NCBI GenBank assembly: GCA_964016885.1
Contig: OZ024743.1
Coordinates: 296,360,001-296,424,000, forward strand
Source: Eledone cirrhosa
Lineage: Eukaryota
Length of the DNA: 64,000 nt
Direction: 5' to 3'
Made by a program: the position numbers and the translations under genes. Every line of letters starts with the position of its first letter. The first letter of the stretch is position 1. Under the pieces are notes generated by a model, which saw nothing but the letters and a program-made list of their open reading frames with translations, was not told where the DNA came from and did no database searches. Below are positions 12,194 to 26,213 of the stretch, piece by piece.

Positions 12194-12840
12194 TGGCGAA
12201 GGGTAACCTGGAAAGCAGGGCATGCAGTCCAATCGCCATGGCGGAAAGTGGGAGTGTGCAACCTTACCCCCCCCCCCCCCCCAATTCCCTCTAAATGACC
12301 TTCCCGGTCAAAGCCGCATGTAGTCTTATCTAGTGTGTGTGTGGGTGTGTGTTATCTTTTTATGTGTCTACGATTTAGTAAGCAGCCAAAATTCTGCTTG
12401 CTTCAACCGACGCAATTGATCAACTCAAGATTCTATTACGCATGCACTGCATGCGTTGCATGCACGCACCCTCCGCCCCTGATATATATATATATACGGG
12501 AGAACAGATTATTGTTATAGGTAATCCAATTAGGTATAGTCCAGTTAGAGTACTCCGAGTAGTGGATGATATCAACGCTTGGCTAAGTTTGACTCAACGA
12601 GGCGTTTCCATAGTGATGCTACGAGTACGCGGTGATTTCTATGTTGTTAACACTTGGAGTAATGATAAATCAGGAAAGAAGGGTGAGACGGTTTGCTATA
12701 CAAAAAAGGTTTTTAATCTCATTGCTGACAATTGTTTCTCTGAACTGGTAGATCTATAGATCGTTACCCGCCTGTTTTCGCGTCATTCGATCACCAATAC
12801 ATAGTTGTAACCAGTCAATTCATCGGAGCTTGCGAGAGTG

Positions 12841-12918
<78 letters not shown>

Positions 12919-13233
12919 TTATATATATATATATTTATATATATATATATTTATATATGGAATAGAATGAAACGAAATTTCATTTCTCACTCTTAGTACG
13001 GCACTTACTTAAATGTAAGTATGTATGTATACGTACATACATATATGTATACAGACGTACAGTACCATGTATATATATACATCCAGGCACACATATATAT
13101 ATGCACGTATCAGTTTACCGAACATTTATTATAATGCTCGGTTTGTTCGTTTGTAAACAAACAAACAGCCTGAATTACGCCGTACAGTGTTTAGGCAACC
13201 ACGTCACCTTTTTGTTCAACACTGACACAGGAA

Positions 13234-13274
13234 CGAAGTACTAGTTTCAAGCTTATTAGCTATCGTCAGCACCG
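13234..13274 (-). ncRNA. Minimal type I HHR (inverted copy)
   Basis: CGGTG-CTGACGA-T-AGCTAATAAGCT-T-GAAA-CTAG-TA-CTTCG; one helix I mismatch. Confidence 0.75.
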
Positions 13275-13521
13275 TATATTCTGCCAGATGGTTGAACGTC
13301 CGAAAGTATATACTTTCCTTATGAAAATTAACGGCTTACATTTAAGTAAGTGCCGTACTAAGAGTGAGAAATGAAATTTCGTTTCATTCTATTCCATTTA
13401 TCGTTTTCGGTGCGCCTGGCCGACTGAACTCACTCGATATGCAAATTAGGCTGCTCAGCCGTTAATTTTCATAAGGAAAGTATATACTTTCGGACGTTCA
13501 ACCATCTGGCAGAAAGGTATA

Positions 13522-13562
13522 CGGTGCTGACGATAGCTAATAAGCTTGAAACTAGTACATCG
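13522..13562 (+). ncRNA. Minimal type I hammerhead ribozyme
   Basis: CGGTG-CTGACGA-T-AGCTAATAAGCT-T-GAAA-CTAG-TA-CATCG; GUA site. Confidence 0.85.
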
Positions 13563-13776
13563 TTCCTGTGTCAGTGTTGAACAAAAAGGTGACGTGGTTG
13601 CCTAAACACTGTACGGCGTAATTCAGGCTGTTTGTTTGTTTACAAACGAACAAACCGAGCATTATAATAAATGTTCGGTAAACTGATACGTGCATATATG
13701 TATGTGTGCCTGTATGTATATATATACATGCTACTGTACGTCTGTATACATATATGTATGTACGTATACATACATA

Positions 13777-13808
<32 letters not shown>

Positions 13809-13811
<3 letters not shown>

Positions 13812-14360
13812 TAAAACATGTCTATGGAATCACTAGATAAAATATATACTGTTTCCTCTCCCAATTAGCATAATTAACCATATAAAAAATCAATTAGACC
13901 AAGCTATAAGAATAAAGGCTCCTATGAAGAAATCTCCGACAAATAACCGAAAGCAGCCCCTTCGCGGCGGTTACGACGGAGTATTTATCGAACATTTCGA
14001 CAGCATGTATAAATCGACCAGATATACAGTCAACTAAACACAATTAGGTGTAAAATAAACTAGAAGAAATCTGTACATATTTAATAACCTCTACCATGGT
14101 TTCGTCCGTATTTTAAGACATCCTATAACAGGGGACATCCAGAGCTTCGGATTCATCAGGAGTTAGCTCAAATTTAGACAATTAATTTTCCAAAGTGATC
14201 GTGCCAAGAATACATTCAAAAATGGCTAAGAATCGTGACGTGGCAGCGGTCAAGTTAGAAAGGATGTGATTAGTTGCTTACGGCTGGTAGGTTTATTGCT
14301 AGAAAGCGCAGCCCAATACAGCCAAATTGTATCTCAACCTAACGGGAGATTATTACATAT
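13809..14360 (-). mobile_element. HHR-bearing non-coding element, copy 2 (longer)
   Basis: Homologous to 4840-5232; flanked by TA runs. Confidence 0.8.
14089..14162 (-). ncRNA. Type I hammerhead ribozyme
   Basis: CTC-CTGATGA-A-TCCG...CGGA-C-GAAA-CCATGG-TA-GAG. Confidence 0.85.
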
Positions 14361-14514
14361 AAAGTTTTACATATATATATATATAAAGTCATAGATATAT
14401 ATGTGTTTTGCAACGAGTCACGTTGTGGCTCAATGAAGAATTAATAAATTAAATAATCAGAGCTATATATCATATATTTACACATATATTTATATATGTG
14501 TATATGTACGCACT

Positions 14515-14673
14515 ATTAGACTCTCCTGTGTTCATCTGTTATTTGACGGGTTGTGATTTTCATCCCGGGGGATATCCAAAAGTCAGCCCTCCTCACCAAG
14601 CAATATTGGCGGAGTTGCCAGTTTAGTCGCCGACGCCCGACCATGCAGCAGGTTGTACTGGGTTACACGTTAC
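14515..14673 (-). mobile_element. Dispersed repeat fragment, related to 53585-53720
   Basis: Shared GGCGACTAAACTGGCAAC and CCCAGTACAACCTG blocks. Confidence 0.6.
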
Positions 14674-14954
14674 ACACATATATATATATATATATACAAT
14701 GGCTAGGAATTTAGTCCACGCTTTGCTTTTTGCCATCCACTGAATTATTTTTGTATAAGTTCCCTGTGTCCACGTATTGCCTGGAAACTTAGCTGAGAAT
14801 AGACTTCCCTGATGACGAAAGGCTTCTCTGTACTCTTCTTCGGAAAGTATGTTTATTCCCTTTCAGAAACTAATTAGTTGGGAGTGAAATTTTAGTAAGT
14901 AAGTTAATTTTATAATTTTCTTATTTTACGTCTCTCATATATATATATATATAT

Positions 14955-15159
14955 AAAACAAAGAGAGTGCGGTAAGATACTAGGTGGGCCATAACGCACC
15001 AGAGTACTTGATACTTGGGGTAGTAGAGTGGGTGATATGAAAGGATTCAGGGCCCTGACGGCTGAGCTTCGGCGGTTCCGACAGCTAGATCTGAACAGAT
15101 CGGATCTAGCTGTCGAAAAGGCCGGAATTCAGCCGTCGGAGTCCTGAATCTTTTCATAT
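14955..15159. mobile_element. pLTR-like fragment (family of 1558) with diverged foldback 15035-15159
   Basis: CCATAACGCACCAGAGTACT motif; imperfect hairpin. Confidence 0.7.
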
Positions 15160-16134
15160 ATATATATATACAACGAAAGCAGGCAGTATAATTGGTTTAG
15201 GAGTCACAAAAATCTCCCACTGGATTCTACCAACAATTTCCAGGAGGTCCAGGTAAATTCTTTTGTTAACCTGTTTAGCTTGCTTCGTCTTTTTGGCTCC
15301 GGTGGCTGATGGTTTCACGACCACGGTTTTCATTTTGTCTGGCTTCTATAACGTATGTTAATTGCTCTGGTCTTCTATTAGATTGCGTTTCGTTTTGTTT
15401 TTGGCCACCGCCGAAATACGATCTCGCTGAAATTATATTTGTATATATATATATATATATTTATGCATGTATATCTTTCAAATATGTATCTGTGTCTGTG
15501 CATGTATGTTTGTGTGAGTGTGCGTGTGCGTGTGTTGGCAAGTTGTTACATATAACATTTAATGTTTAATTCCTTTTATATAGTCTCAAGTCTTATTCAC
15601 TAAATTTGAGGATTAGTTTAACATGTACATCGGTTATGCAGTGAATTAATGAGGTACGATGGTATCTTTCTCACATAATATGGACAATTGATTGAATTTG
15701 AGCAAGAAATTATTGAAATTATTGAAATTGAGCAAGAGATTATTAATTAATGATATATATTTTTGGTTTGTCTCCAATCTTTTACTAGTAAGCACATCAT
15801 CCAAGATCCTTTGCTGGTCTTCTGAGACTGGCGGAGGGAAGAAGGTATCTTCAAACTTAGCCAAATTACTTGCAACAGAGCAGACTATGGTAAAGGTACT
15901 GAAGACTAGATGGAGGTGTTAAACCGATCGATGAATTAAGAAATGTAGGCCACAGCGGGGCTTGAACAGAGAATAGTTTGATTAAATACTGCAAGGCATC
16001 TTTTTCCGCCACTCTAACAAATCCTATAAACCTATACAAAGCCTATAAACTGCTCTGGGCTGAGACTGAGTACTTCTTAACCATGATACTGTTAGTTCCT
16101 ATACATTATATTATATTATATTATATTATATTAG

Positions 16135-16323
16135 GGCGGTGAATTGGCACTATCGGTAGATTGTCGGACGCCATGCTTTGACGTATAGAGTTACGGCCCT
16201 TGCCATTCTGAGTTCAAATCCCGTCGAGGTTAACTTTGCCTTTCATCCTTATGGGGTCGATAAAATAAAGTACCAGTAATGCACTTGGTAATTGCTGGCC
16301 TTGTGCCAATAGTAGAAACAATT
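16135..16323 (+). mobile_element. SINE family A
   Basis: Full-length copy in a (TTATA)n tract. Confidence 0.9.
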
Positions 16324-16821
16324 ATATTATATTATGTTAACTGAGAAAACTGGTGAACCCTCATACCTCGATGCGCAACGGGGAAGTCCATCATATTATG
16401 TTATATATATATAAAGGGTGAAAAGTCGGAAAGTATGAGATAGACTTATAGAGTAAGAGATGTGATAGAGATAAAGGAGAGACATGTCTATATATCTATA
16501 TGTATTTTTCTAGGTATATATAAAAAGACGAGGGGCGGGGATAGACTGATATGTAATGTACCTATACACTTATATATGTTTATTTGAGTATGATAATTAG
16601 AAACATTGAACATTACATGTTTACTTTTATGTTTTGACGAAGGTTCAATCTCTCTTTTCTCTGATTCCTTTAACGGGGAATCACCTGGAGTATAGCAGCA
16701 CAAAGTCTGGATATAGTTGAGATGCGCCAAAATTGAATGATGATTGAACATAATTTGAGCAATTTCTTTTTTTAAATAGATTGTTTTGTTGTTACTGTGG
16801 TATTCCCATTATAAATCTAAG

Positions 16822-17069
16822 ACAGTTTCCCAAATTTATTTTATCGCGGAACCCATTACTATATATTATGGGCATCCCCTCAATCCTAGTTTTCATAAGA
16901 CATTAAATGAAATAATAATTGTTTTTGAGAGAGAATTTATTCAAATATAAAATTAACGTTTAATAATTATTTTAATTAAACTTTATTTTAAAAAAACTCT
17001 TTTTTCGCGGAACACCAGACTTTTTCGGTGAACCTTGGGATTTCTCGAATCCCACTTTAGGAAACGCTT
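16822..17069. mobile_element. hAT-like MITE
   Basis: CAGTTTCCCAAA...TTTAGGAAACGCT termini, internal CGCGGAAC subrepeats, partial 8-bp TSD ATCTAA(GA/TG). Confidence 0.55.
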
Positions 17070-19711
17070 ATCTAATGCAATAAACATAGTTTTTTTTTGC
17101 AGATAAAAATATTACACGAATTCTTCAAGTCAAAGCATGTATAAATAAAGCTTCTCCATTTAGCTCTAAGCTAAAACTGACTCAACATATGTAGATTACG
17201 CAGTACCACTGTTGTATGTTACTAAACTGAAGCCAGTGTGGGAACTTATATGATTTATATAAAATTGTTGAACTTGCTAGGAAAATGAGCTATATCTCTC
17301 CCTTAAATTCACACATAGACCCTCCAAAAAAAGGGGAAGTTCATGCATGAAATATATTTGTACAAAGATGGTTGACCTGGAGCTTTTAAAAAAACTCCAG
17401 TTCTGTTTTGGTTCATCTCTGTATCAACTTGTTATTGACATATTCATTTATCTGTCGACGTGTATGTTGGTCTTTACCCCATTCTATCTACATGTTAAGA
17501 TTTGAAAGGATTTATTCATTCTTTTGAAGGTTAGCTGAAGTAATACAACAACATACGAGCGAAATAAAGCAAGAAATAATAGAGTAGATGAAAGAGAACG
17601 TAATGCAAATGATAGATAGCACAAGACATTCATTTATTAGTCTTTCTTCCAGAAAGTTGGCTTTGTTATGCTTTCCTGCTTCTTTGCTATTTGACTGCTT
17701 TGACTACAGTTGCTAGTTGAAAGTTCCGTGTGAATGAAGTAGAGTTAGCTACTAAATTTTGTCCAAAGGTAATGTGTCAATAGCAATACGTTTGTCAGTT
17801 TCTTTACAAACATAATTACGCCGATAAATATAAAGAACGTCGGAAATATTAGACTATTCCTTTAGGTTTCCAAACAATTTTGAAATGTTGAAATTTCATA
17901 TTTGTCAGCCTTATTGTGAATACTTATTAAGCAGCAATCTTTTAAAATTTTGAACTTATATTATGGCCTCCAGTATTACCTTTGTGAACCATATTTTTAG
18001 AGCCCCTGCTCCACATGGTATAAGTAAGAGCACTACACATTATTGTACTGTTAACATATATGGTACACCGCAATTGCTTAAACAGATCACCAAGATTGTG
18101 TCAAACAAAAGTCAGTCCAAAGAACAGGCAAACATTTACTCACCCGAACACTACCCTTACTAAGCAACAGGCTCACTGACTTTTTTCTCTTCTCTTTTTC
18201 GCTTACACTTAAATTTTTCATGAATCAGCAAACCATACACCGTACCTGCTTCACCACATTCCATAAAGCCAACAGCGTGCTTCTCATTTACTCTGCTGTA
18301 TCTCCCTCAACAAAACGTACGTTTACCGGTATTTTTCACCCCTCTTTAAATTATACCGACTGTATACCTATAGAATTCCTCCATAGGCATAAGCTTAGGA
18401 AAGTTTTTTGTGGAAGGCTATCAGTCTTCTATGTATGACAGTCACCCCTTTCTACGCTACCAATGTTGTCCCAGAGAAAGGCAAAGGCAGGTGCAGCTTA
18501 GCTAGTCACTTTCCAACTGAGTGGACTGAAGCAACTTAAAATATTATATTTCCCAAATATACAACGCGCCACTCTGTCCCGGAGTAGAACTCGTGATTTT
18601 ATGATTTTGAGCCCAGCAGTCTATCTGCTAGGCCATGGGCTTTTACTATTGAATAACTATACGGCAAGCATATGTAATATACCTATCACATATAAAATGT
18701 TCTTGCTTTTAAGAAAGAAGTGTCATTAGTACTAATTTAATCACGGACACAGCCCAGCGCCATTCACAGAATAGGAACCACTATCTCCTCTGTTTAGTAG
18801 AACAATATAAAGCGGAGAGTTAGCAGAGACGTTAAAACATTGACGAGATTACATAGCAACCTTCCTTCCGAATATGAGTTTGATTCCCACAGAGGTCATG
18901 ATAGGCGATCGAAATCGGTAAATAAAGTACCAATCTCTTATAACTTTATCTCTATCTTTCTGTGGAAGAAATCAGCTGCGTTCGAACCTAGAGACAGCTG
19001 GGTTAGGTAAAAAGAAAATGTCACGGCGGCGTCCATATGATTCTATCGTCCATATGACACCATATTATTCATATGACTCCATATTATTCGGTTAACTAAC
19101 TACAAAATTTAGTTAATGTGATACAGAACTTTGTATCTATTTCCTTGCATTCAGTAGGCCACTATTCTACTGCGATTGAATGCAGAATTCAGAATAGTAA
19201 TGAGATAAGAACGGCAAAACAAATGTTCATATATCTTTCTTGACTTACTGTTTTAAATTTAAATGATTTCATTTTAATTCCTCTTTTATATTTGTTGTCT
19301 TCTGTGTGTAATGTTTTTTTCTTACTGTAATTTTTCTCGTTTATTTGTGTCTTCTGTCTTATTTGTGTTGCTATTTTATTGCAAATTCTAAATTCATAAT
19401 TTGACTGAAGATTAGATCTGTTTAGAATCCAGCTGCCAGTTTTGCTGTAAGTAATGAGATAAATGCGTTAACTTCAACAAAATGAGAAAACGTTTCCAAA
19501 GCTCTGGTAAGAGTTAATCAACAGGTCGGATAAATTATGTCTTAAGTAGGCTTTATTCTACATTAGTTTGGCGAAAAACATAAGAAACCTGCTGTCATTC
19601 TATCTGTGTTCCACCTCCGAAACATTTCTAAAACAAAACAGAAACAGAAAGTTCTCATTATGGATTACACTCTTGTTGCTAAATTTATAACCATTTCTAA
19701 AGTTGACTACT

Positions 19712-19870
19712 GAGGTGGCAAATAGAACGTCGGATAGAATACCAAACATTCTATCCGACGTATTCATTCTGGCACTCAGTGCTCTAGGGTTCAAATCCCG
19801 TTGAGGTCGGTTTTACCTTTCATCGTTTCGAGGTCGACAAAAAGATCCCAGTCCAGTATTGGGGTCGTTT
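19712..19870 (+). mobile_element. Old SINE family A-related copy
   Basis: GGTTCAAATCCCG and TTTCATCGTTTCGAGGTCGA. Confidence 0.65.
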
Positions 19871-20419
19871 CTTCCTCTATATCTTTTTCTCACTTTCTCT
19901 CCCTCTCCCTCTCTTTCTCTGAAATAAATTGGCTGTGTCCAGACGTGGAGAGGGAATGGACTCTGTCAGGTTTAAAATGTCCAAGTATGTTACTACGGTG
20001 CCCATACCACTCCAGCAGCAATTACAGGTACATACATACGATGTTGACTGATATTGTCCAGTCTTATTCCGAATATAAACTCGATGTACGATGAGCGCCT
20101 TAAAGCAAAAAGTAATCTTGGGGGTCGTCATTTGTTTAGGGGGGGGGGTCGTGATTCAATTACTTTAAATACGTCAGGATTATCTTGGAGGAGACATTAA
20201 AATCACGCTTCCTACGTAAAATACGAACCTAAAATTTAAAGCATTTCTTTCTATAAAGTAAATGTGCAGCAAGCTTTATTAAACACTCGTTAAAATTTTG
20301 GTATGTCAAGATTACATCTGGTTTCGATTTCTATTATAAAATATATTATTTTTATTGGTTTCGTATGGTGGTGTGTGTGTGTACCTATGCCTTAGCAATA
20401 CTCTCGTGACTGGTGAGAT

Positions 20420-20900
20420 CGACACTGAACGCTCGTATTGAACATTTGTAAAACAACTACTCTAAGAGGAACATATGAAGGGATGGAATTACAGGGGCCA
20501 TCGTTCTGGGCAAGGAGTATTTGACGTAGTGGTTAGTGTGAGGCTTGGGAAGCATACACTATAGGGCAGACAAAGGGAGAAAAGACGGATGAGTGGAGAA
20601 TGTTTGAGTGGAAGTGGCATAAGACTAGCCAACTCCAAGAAGCAAAATCTACAGTAGGAGCATTAGAACAGGCAGAGAGTTAAATCTACAGATCTGTCGG
20701 CCAAGGATTGGAGTGTGTTGGCAGACCACTTCCCGATAATCAGTTGAGAGGCTTTTCGTTAGATGCGATCGACGATGTCTCTGTGTGTGTAGAGCGGTGC
20801 TGTGCCCGATATCGGAATAAGTAAAGAAATATATATTTGGGGTTTCACCTGTTTTGTGGAGAGTTTGTAGTTGTTTTTACCTTTAAAGAGAAGGCACATT
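20420..20900 (-). mobile_element. Degenerate Jockey/CR1-like LINE ORF2 C-terminal fragment
   Basis: Minus translation ...VDRI*RKASQLI...TLQSLADRSVDLTLCLF*CSY..FCFLELASLMP resembles the post-RT tail of these LINEs. Confidence 0.5.
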
Positions 20901-21061
20901 CGCCAAGGGGGACTATCAGTTACCGTAATGCCTAGACGTTGAGGGTTCTAGTTATGTGTTGTTCATTCAGCGCCAAGAAGATATAATCGACTATATAAGA
21001 TTCTTCGCGGAGACATTATCCTTTTATATGTTTGTCCTTGTATTCCACACATTTTATAAAT

Positions 21062-21510
21062 GCAGACATGGCAGATTGGTTAAGATTTTCACTTCGCAAT
21101 CATCAGCTTAGGGTTCGATCACACTATGTAGCACATGGTGCAGTTGTCTTCACAAAAGCCACAGGTTGACTCAAGCATTGTCATCGAAATTTTGTAGATG
21201 GAAAATGTTAAGAAGCCTGTTGTATGGACTCTACCTGTAATTCAAAGTTCCATCCTTGTCACACACATCACACTGAATCTCCCTGAAAATTACGTTAAGA
21301 TTACACGTATCTGTGAAATAATTAATTAGTAAACGTTAATTTACAAAGTAGACCATTCCTTTGAGAGAACAGTGTCACGCTGAATATCAATTGCGTAATG
21401 GATACATATGTCTGTGGAATGCTCAGCCACTTAAATATTAATTTCACAAGTACGCAATTCCGTTGGTTGAACATCTAAAACACTCATCGTCGAAATCCGA
21501 CGGGAGTCCA
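21062..21510 (+). mobile_element. Old tRNA-derived SINEs (head 21062-21226 plus family B body with internal duplication)
   Basis: GGTTCGATC B-box; TGTCACGCTGAAT and GCTCAGCCACTT blocks shared with 41195 and 43905. Confidence 0.6.
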
Positions 21511-22039
21511 TATTATATTCACAGGTCTCATTTGTGTTGTGTTTATTTTGTTTTGCTTCTTTTGTTTATCTTTCTTTTTTTTTGCTTCCTTATAATCCTT
21601 TAATCTATCAGACTTTTATGTATTTTGATTGTGTTTTAGTTTTCATAATTTATGCTTTCTTTTTTTTGTATTATTTTTATAATTTCAACGTAACAATAAT
21701 TATTCTGACATGATCACTGTTAATAAATTTGATTAGGAGAACTGTCAAAGTGTGAAAAAAGCAAACCTGACAGCTAATATTTTTCATGATAATTTTGGTT
21801 TCTTCAGGTTAGGCATACGACCTTATTATTTGCTTGCTTGGTTGTTTGGTTGCTTTTCAGAAAGGATAAATGGGATGTTGTGAGATTCACTTGTATCGCA
21901 TGCGTATTAACTGCGTAATAGGAAAATAATAGCTATGACTTCAGGCTGAACAACACAGGTTTGTACACTGAAGGACATTAACACTTTGTCATACATGGTC
22001 ACTAAAAGTACATAATTTTGTGTCTCTGTGTATATGTAT

Positions 22040-22400
<361 letters not shown>

Positions 22401-23184
22401 CATTGGATGGAAACGAAGTCACAGGTTTTATATCAGAGTGACCTTCTAGAGAGGTATCTTAATGAAAACTAGTAGTCTCTCGCTCCACAAAAACCACACA
22501 TTCATACATACATGCACACTCACACACACACACGCATATATATATATATATATGTGTGTGTGCTCATACTGTGACTAGTACTTCGCACCTCTTTCTAGCG
22601 AATATAACACCTGTCCTACTTATATCTGCCAGTTAAAACGTTCGCACACCGTACTGTCTATCGTGTTGGCCTAACTCTCGGATCCTGACATATAAAAATA
22701 TTTTATACTTTATACTCTACTGGAACTTATCCCAAAACGAATCCTCTGATAATTGATTCGCGTCTCCCGTAGTTTTACTAAAATCGATAGTCGGTGATCG
22801 ATGATCGATTGCTTAGATCGATTTTTGTTATCGTTTATGAATCATGAAATGGTACCATAAGGAAAGAAGAACTTTTCCACCTTGAAGTACGTATTTTTTA
22901 ATACATATTATGTTTCACAGTTCCAAGAGAACGTTAGGCAAGTGTAAATCGATCCAAGTAATCGATTATCGATTCGGATAAAAGCCAACAAAAGAGGAAT
23001 ATTGCTCACGTTAGTTGTACTGAATAGTATACACTGCTTAATGAACATAACCACAAGGATGTGGTCCGAGCGTGGAAGAGCCGAACTCCCACTGTCATCG
23101 CCTCCATCTCTCTCGCCCTCCCCATCTCTCCGTATGTATGGTGAGTAAATGGGGTCCAACGTGCTGGCCTCCCCACAGCCCCGG

Positions 23185-23400
23185 CAGACAGAATGTAGAA
23201 GGCGTTTCCCCGGAGGATGGTGAGGGAGATGCGCTGGAAGAGCCATTCCAACTCACGTGGCTCATACCTGCGGCTGACCAGCTCAGTGCCTATGGTGGTG
23301 AGTAGAGAGGTAGCCCTAGGGCCAAGGACACCAGAAGTCTCTACTGCCAAGAGCATGACCGCGAACCTGTCGGAGAGCGACCAGTACTTGGAGAGAACAT
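23185..23400 (-). mobile_element. CRE-clade non-LTR retrotransposon, REL endonuclease C-terminal fragment
   Basis: KYWSLSDRFAVMLLAVETSGVLGPRA...RELEWLFQRISLTILRGNA..IL. Confidence 0.8.
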
Positions 23401-23706
23401 ACCTTTATGTCTGTTGATATATATTCTATATATGCTTATATTCTACCAACTTATAAGATACCGTTAAAAGTAAGCTTTTAACGGTATCTTATAAAGTCGT
23501 ATAAGCGCCTGAAGAAAGGTCACAAATTTGATAACCTCTTGTATTCTGGAAATATTGCCAAATTTGAGCCTTGAAATCTTGGGTAGCGCTTTTGTTCCGT
23601 GTGTGAACATAAACAAATAATTTGATATTTCTACTCTTTTCCCGATTGAGCATGGTTTTCCTTTGTTATATATACATATATACATACATATACATATATA
23701 CATACA

Positions 23707-23752
<46 letters not shown>

Positions 23753-24323
23753 AATAAGAAGGAATAATAGACACAATATACCTATTTTTTCTTCGTCCCG
23801 ACTGTACAGTTTCGCTGGTCACTATGCAAAAATATTATATCATAGATATGTAACATTGTTGTGAGGTAAGCCAGCTTATCAAGGGAGCACCTCAGGAAAG
23901 AGCCCTAACTACATACGTCCGTAGCAAGCGAGAAAATCTCAAAAAGGCGGCGGGAGACTCTATCACGTGATACACCGGTCAAGAAAGGGGATTAATCCCT
24001 TGTAGCAGTAAAAATATCTCAGAAGGCGGAGGGGGATATTAATATGATACAGAGGCTACAGAGGTTGACCAGAAGTGTATATAGTGTTTGCTTGAAAGCA
24101 GTCACTATACTTTCGTGGTTACTCTACCGTGAGGGAGTTAGAGACAATAATTGTTTCTACTTTAGGCACAAGGCCAGCAATTACCCAGTGCATTACTGGT
24201 ACTTTATTTTATCGACCCCGTAAGACAATAATGAGAGGTATACAGATATATGTGCATGGATATAAAGTAGTGGCCGTACTCGAAAACGAGTTGGCAGCCA
24301 CCATATGTATATATATATAAATA

Positions 24324-24395
<72 letters not shown>

Positions 24396-24397
<2 letters not shown>

Positions 24398-25192
24398 GGG
24401 TGATCCGAAAGTCTTGTCACCCCCTACCAAAATGTAATGAGAAACACTTTATGTTCTCATCGCAGAATCGTCCTTTTCGGATGAGCTGGTTTTCCACATC
24501 TTGCAGTGAAGTCATGTCGCACATCCTCCATGTTCTTGCCAGAATGCACACGATCATGTCTCCTTACACTTGCAAGCATCCTCTCTTCCAAACTATAGGA
24601 GCTCTGAAATAGATTGGCAGTATCGGTAGAGGGTCGGACGCCATGCTTTGCAGCAAAGAGATGCGGCCCTTTATGGTCTGAGTTCAAATCCCGCCGAGGT
24701 TAACTTTGTCTTTCGTTCTTACGGGGTCGATAAAATAAAGTACCAGTAATACACTGAGATAATTGCTGGCCTTGTGCCAAAAGTAGAAACAATTATTATA
24801 TATTATAATTAATTGTTTCTACTTTAGGCACAAGGCCAGCAATTATCCAGTGCATTACTGGTACTTTATTTTATCGACCCCGTAAGGATAATTAATGATA
24901 TTATATATTATATTATTAAAACAAAAAATAATTGTTTCTACTTTTAGGCACAAGGCCAGCAATTACCCAGTTCATTACTGGTACTTTATTTTATCGACCC
25001 CGTAAGGATGAAAGGCAAAGTCAACCTCGGCGGGATTTGAACTCAGATCGTAAAGGGACGTAACTGTGCTGGAAAGCATGGCGTCCGACCCTCTACCGAT
25101 ACTGCCAATCCACCGCCCTCAAAAAAAAACAAAAAATAATGAAAGTTAAAACAATATGTGACAAGGGGTGTCAAGACCTTCGGACCACCCTG
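24396..25192 (-). mobile_element. Internally deleted Tc1/mariner element with nested SINEs
   Basis: ~28-bp TIRs CAGGGTGGTCCGAAGGTCTTGACACCCC, TA flanks; YSLEERML...VRHDFTARCGKPAHPKRTILR resembles a transposase N-terminal HTH (DUF4817-like). Confidence 0.75.
24610..25118. mobile_element. Cluster of three family A SINEs (24610-24795 +, 24808-24890 - partial, 24928-25118 -)
   Basis: Family motifs; another partial copy at 24148-24225. Confidence 0.9.
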
Positions 25193-25230
<38 letters not shown>

Positions 25231-25428
25231 CACACACAAAAATTATCATTTTCTTGAACACGTTACATTACTTCCACCTCAGAAATGTATTGTGTTCAGA
25301 ATGTTGTTAATCATTAATAAATTATGAATGGAGTTTACATTAGAAGTTTATTTATAATATTTCAATTAGCTATACAAATGTCTGCCATGATATAATAAAA
25401 AATATTTATATATTGTATATATATATAT

Positions 25429-26213
25429 ATACAAATTAATATAAATTAATATACAATAAACACTAATACAATTATATAAGTGTTTGTATTGCAAATGACC
25501 AAGTTAGCTAGATTGAAAAATACTAATTAAAATTAATACAATTTGCCTGTCTCGATTTAAAATAATAAATCAATAAAAACAAACCCATATTGCCAATAGC
25601 CGTGATACCTGGACAAATTTAAATTTCAAAACCCAAATCTGTTTCGCAGACAAATTTAAATTTCAAAACTCAAATCCGTTTCGTAACGATAAGTGAAAAT
25701 TCCATTTCTGTGCTCTTCTGCAGGTATCCAGAAAATTGCTATGTTTCTCCTCAAAATACTTAGGAGGACTGAGAGAAAAAGTGTTGAACGCACATGGTTT
25801 CTCAGCGCCTAGCCAGTCCTATACTCGTGCTGCTAGAAATAACAGCCGTTTTTATGGGACCAAAATTTAGCTCAACAAAAGGAGCCGTTAATACTATATA
25901 TAGAGTTATAAACTCAAACAGTCTTTTACAATCAAATAGCTCAAAGAAAGAGATATTTCTGAGCCGTCAAATACAAATTAATATAAATTAATATACAATA
26001 AACACTAATACAATTATATAAGTGTTTGTATTGCAAATGACCAAGTTAGCTAGATTGAAAAATACTAATTAAAATTAATACAGTTTGCCTGTCTCGATTT
26101 AAAATAATAAATCAATAAAAACAAACCCATATTGTATTTGACGGCTCAGAAATATCTCTTTCTTTGAGCTATTTAATTGTAAAAGACTGTTTGGGTTTAT
26201 AACTCTATATATA

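Larger units (their letters stand above)
12957..13780. mobile_element. Foldback of a circularly permuted ~442-nt HHR monomer (retrozyme-like / non-autonomous PLE)
   Basis: Right arm 13335-13780 has order A-B; left arm read on minus has order B-A; TA runs on both sides. Confidence 0.85.

Noticed and set aside
14797-14858. CTGATGA...GAAA motif
   Set aside because: Helix I offset by 4 nt and helices II/III imperfect; not counted as an HHR
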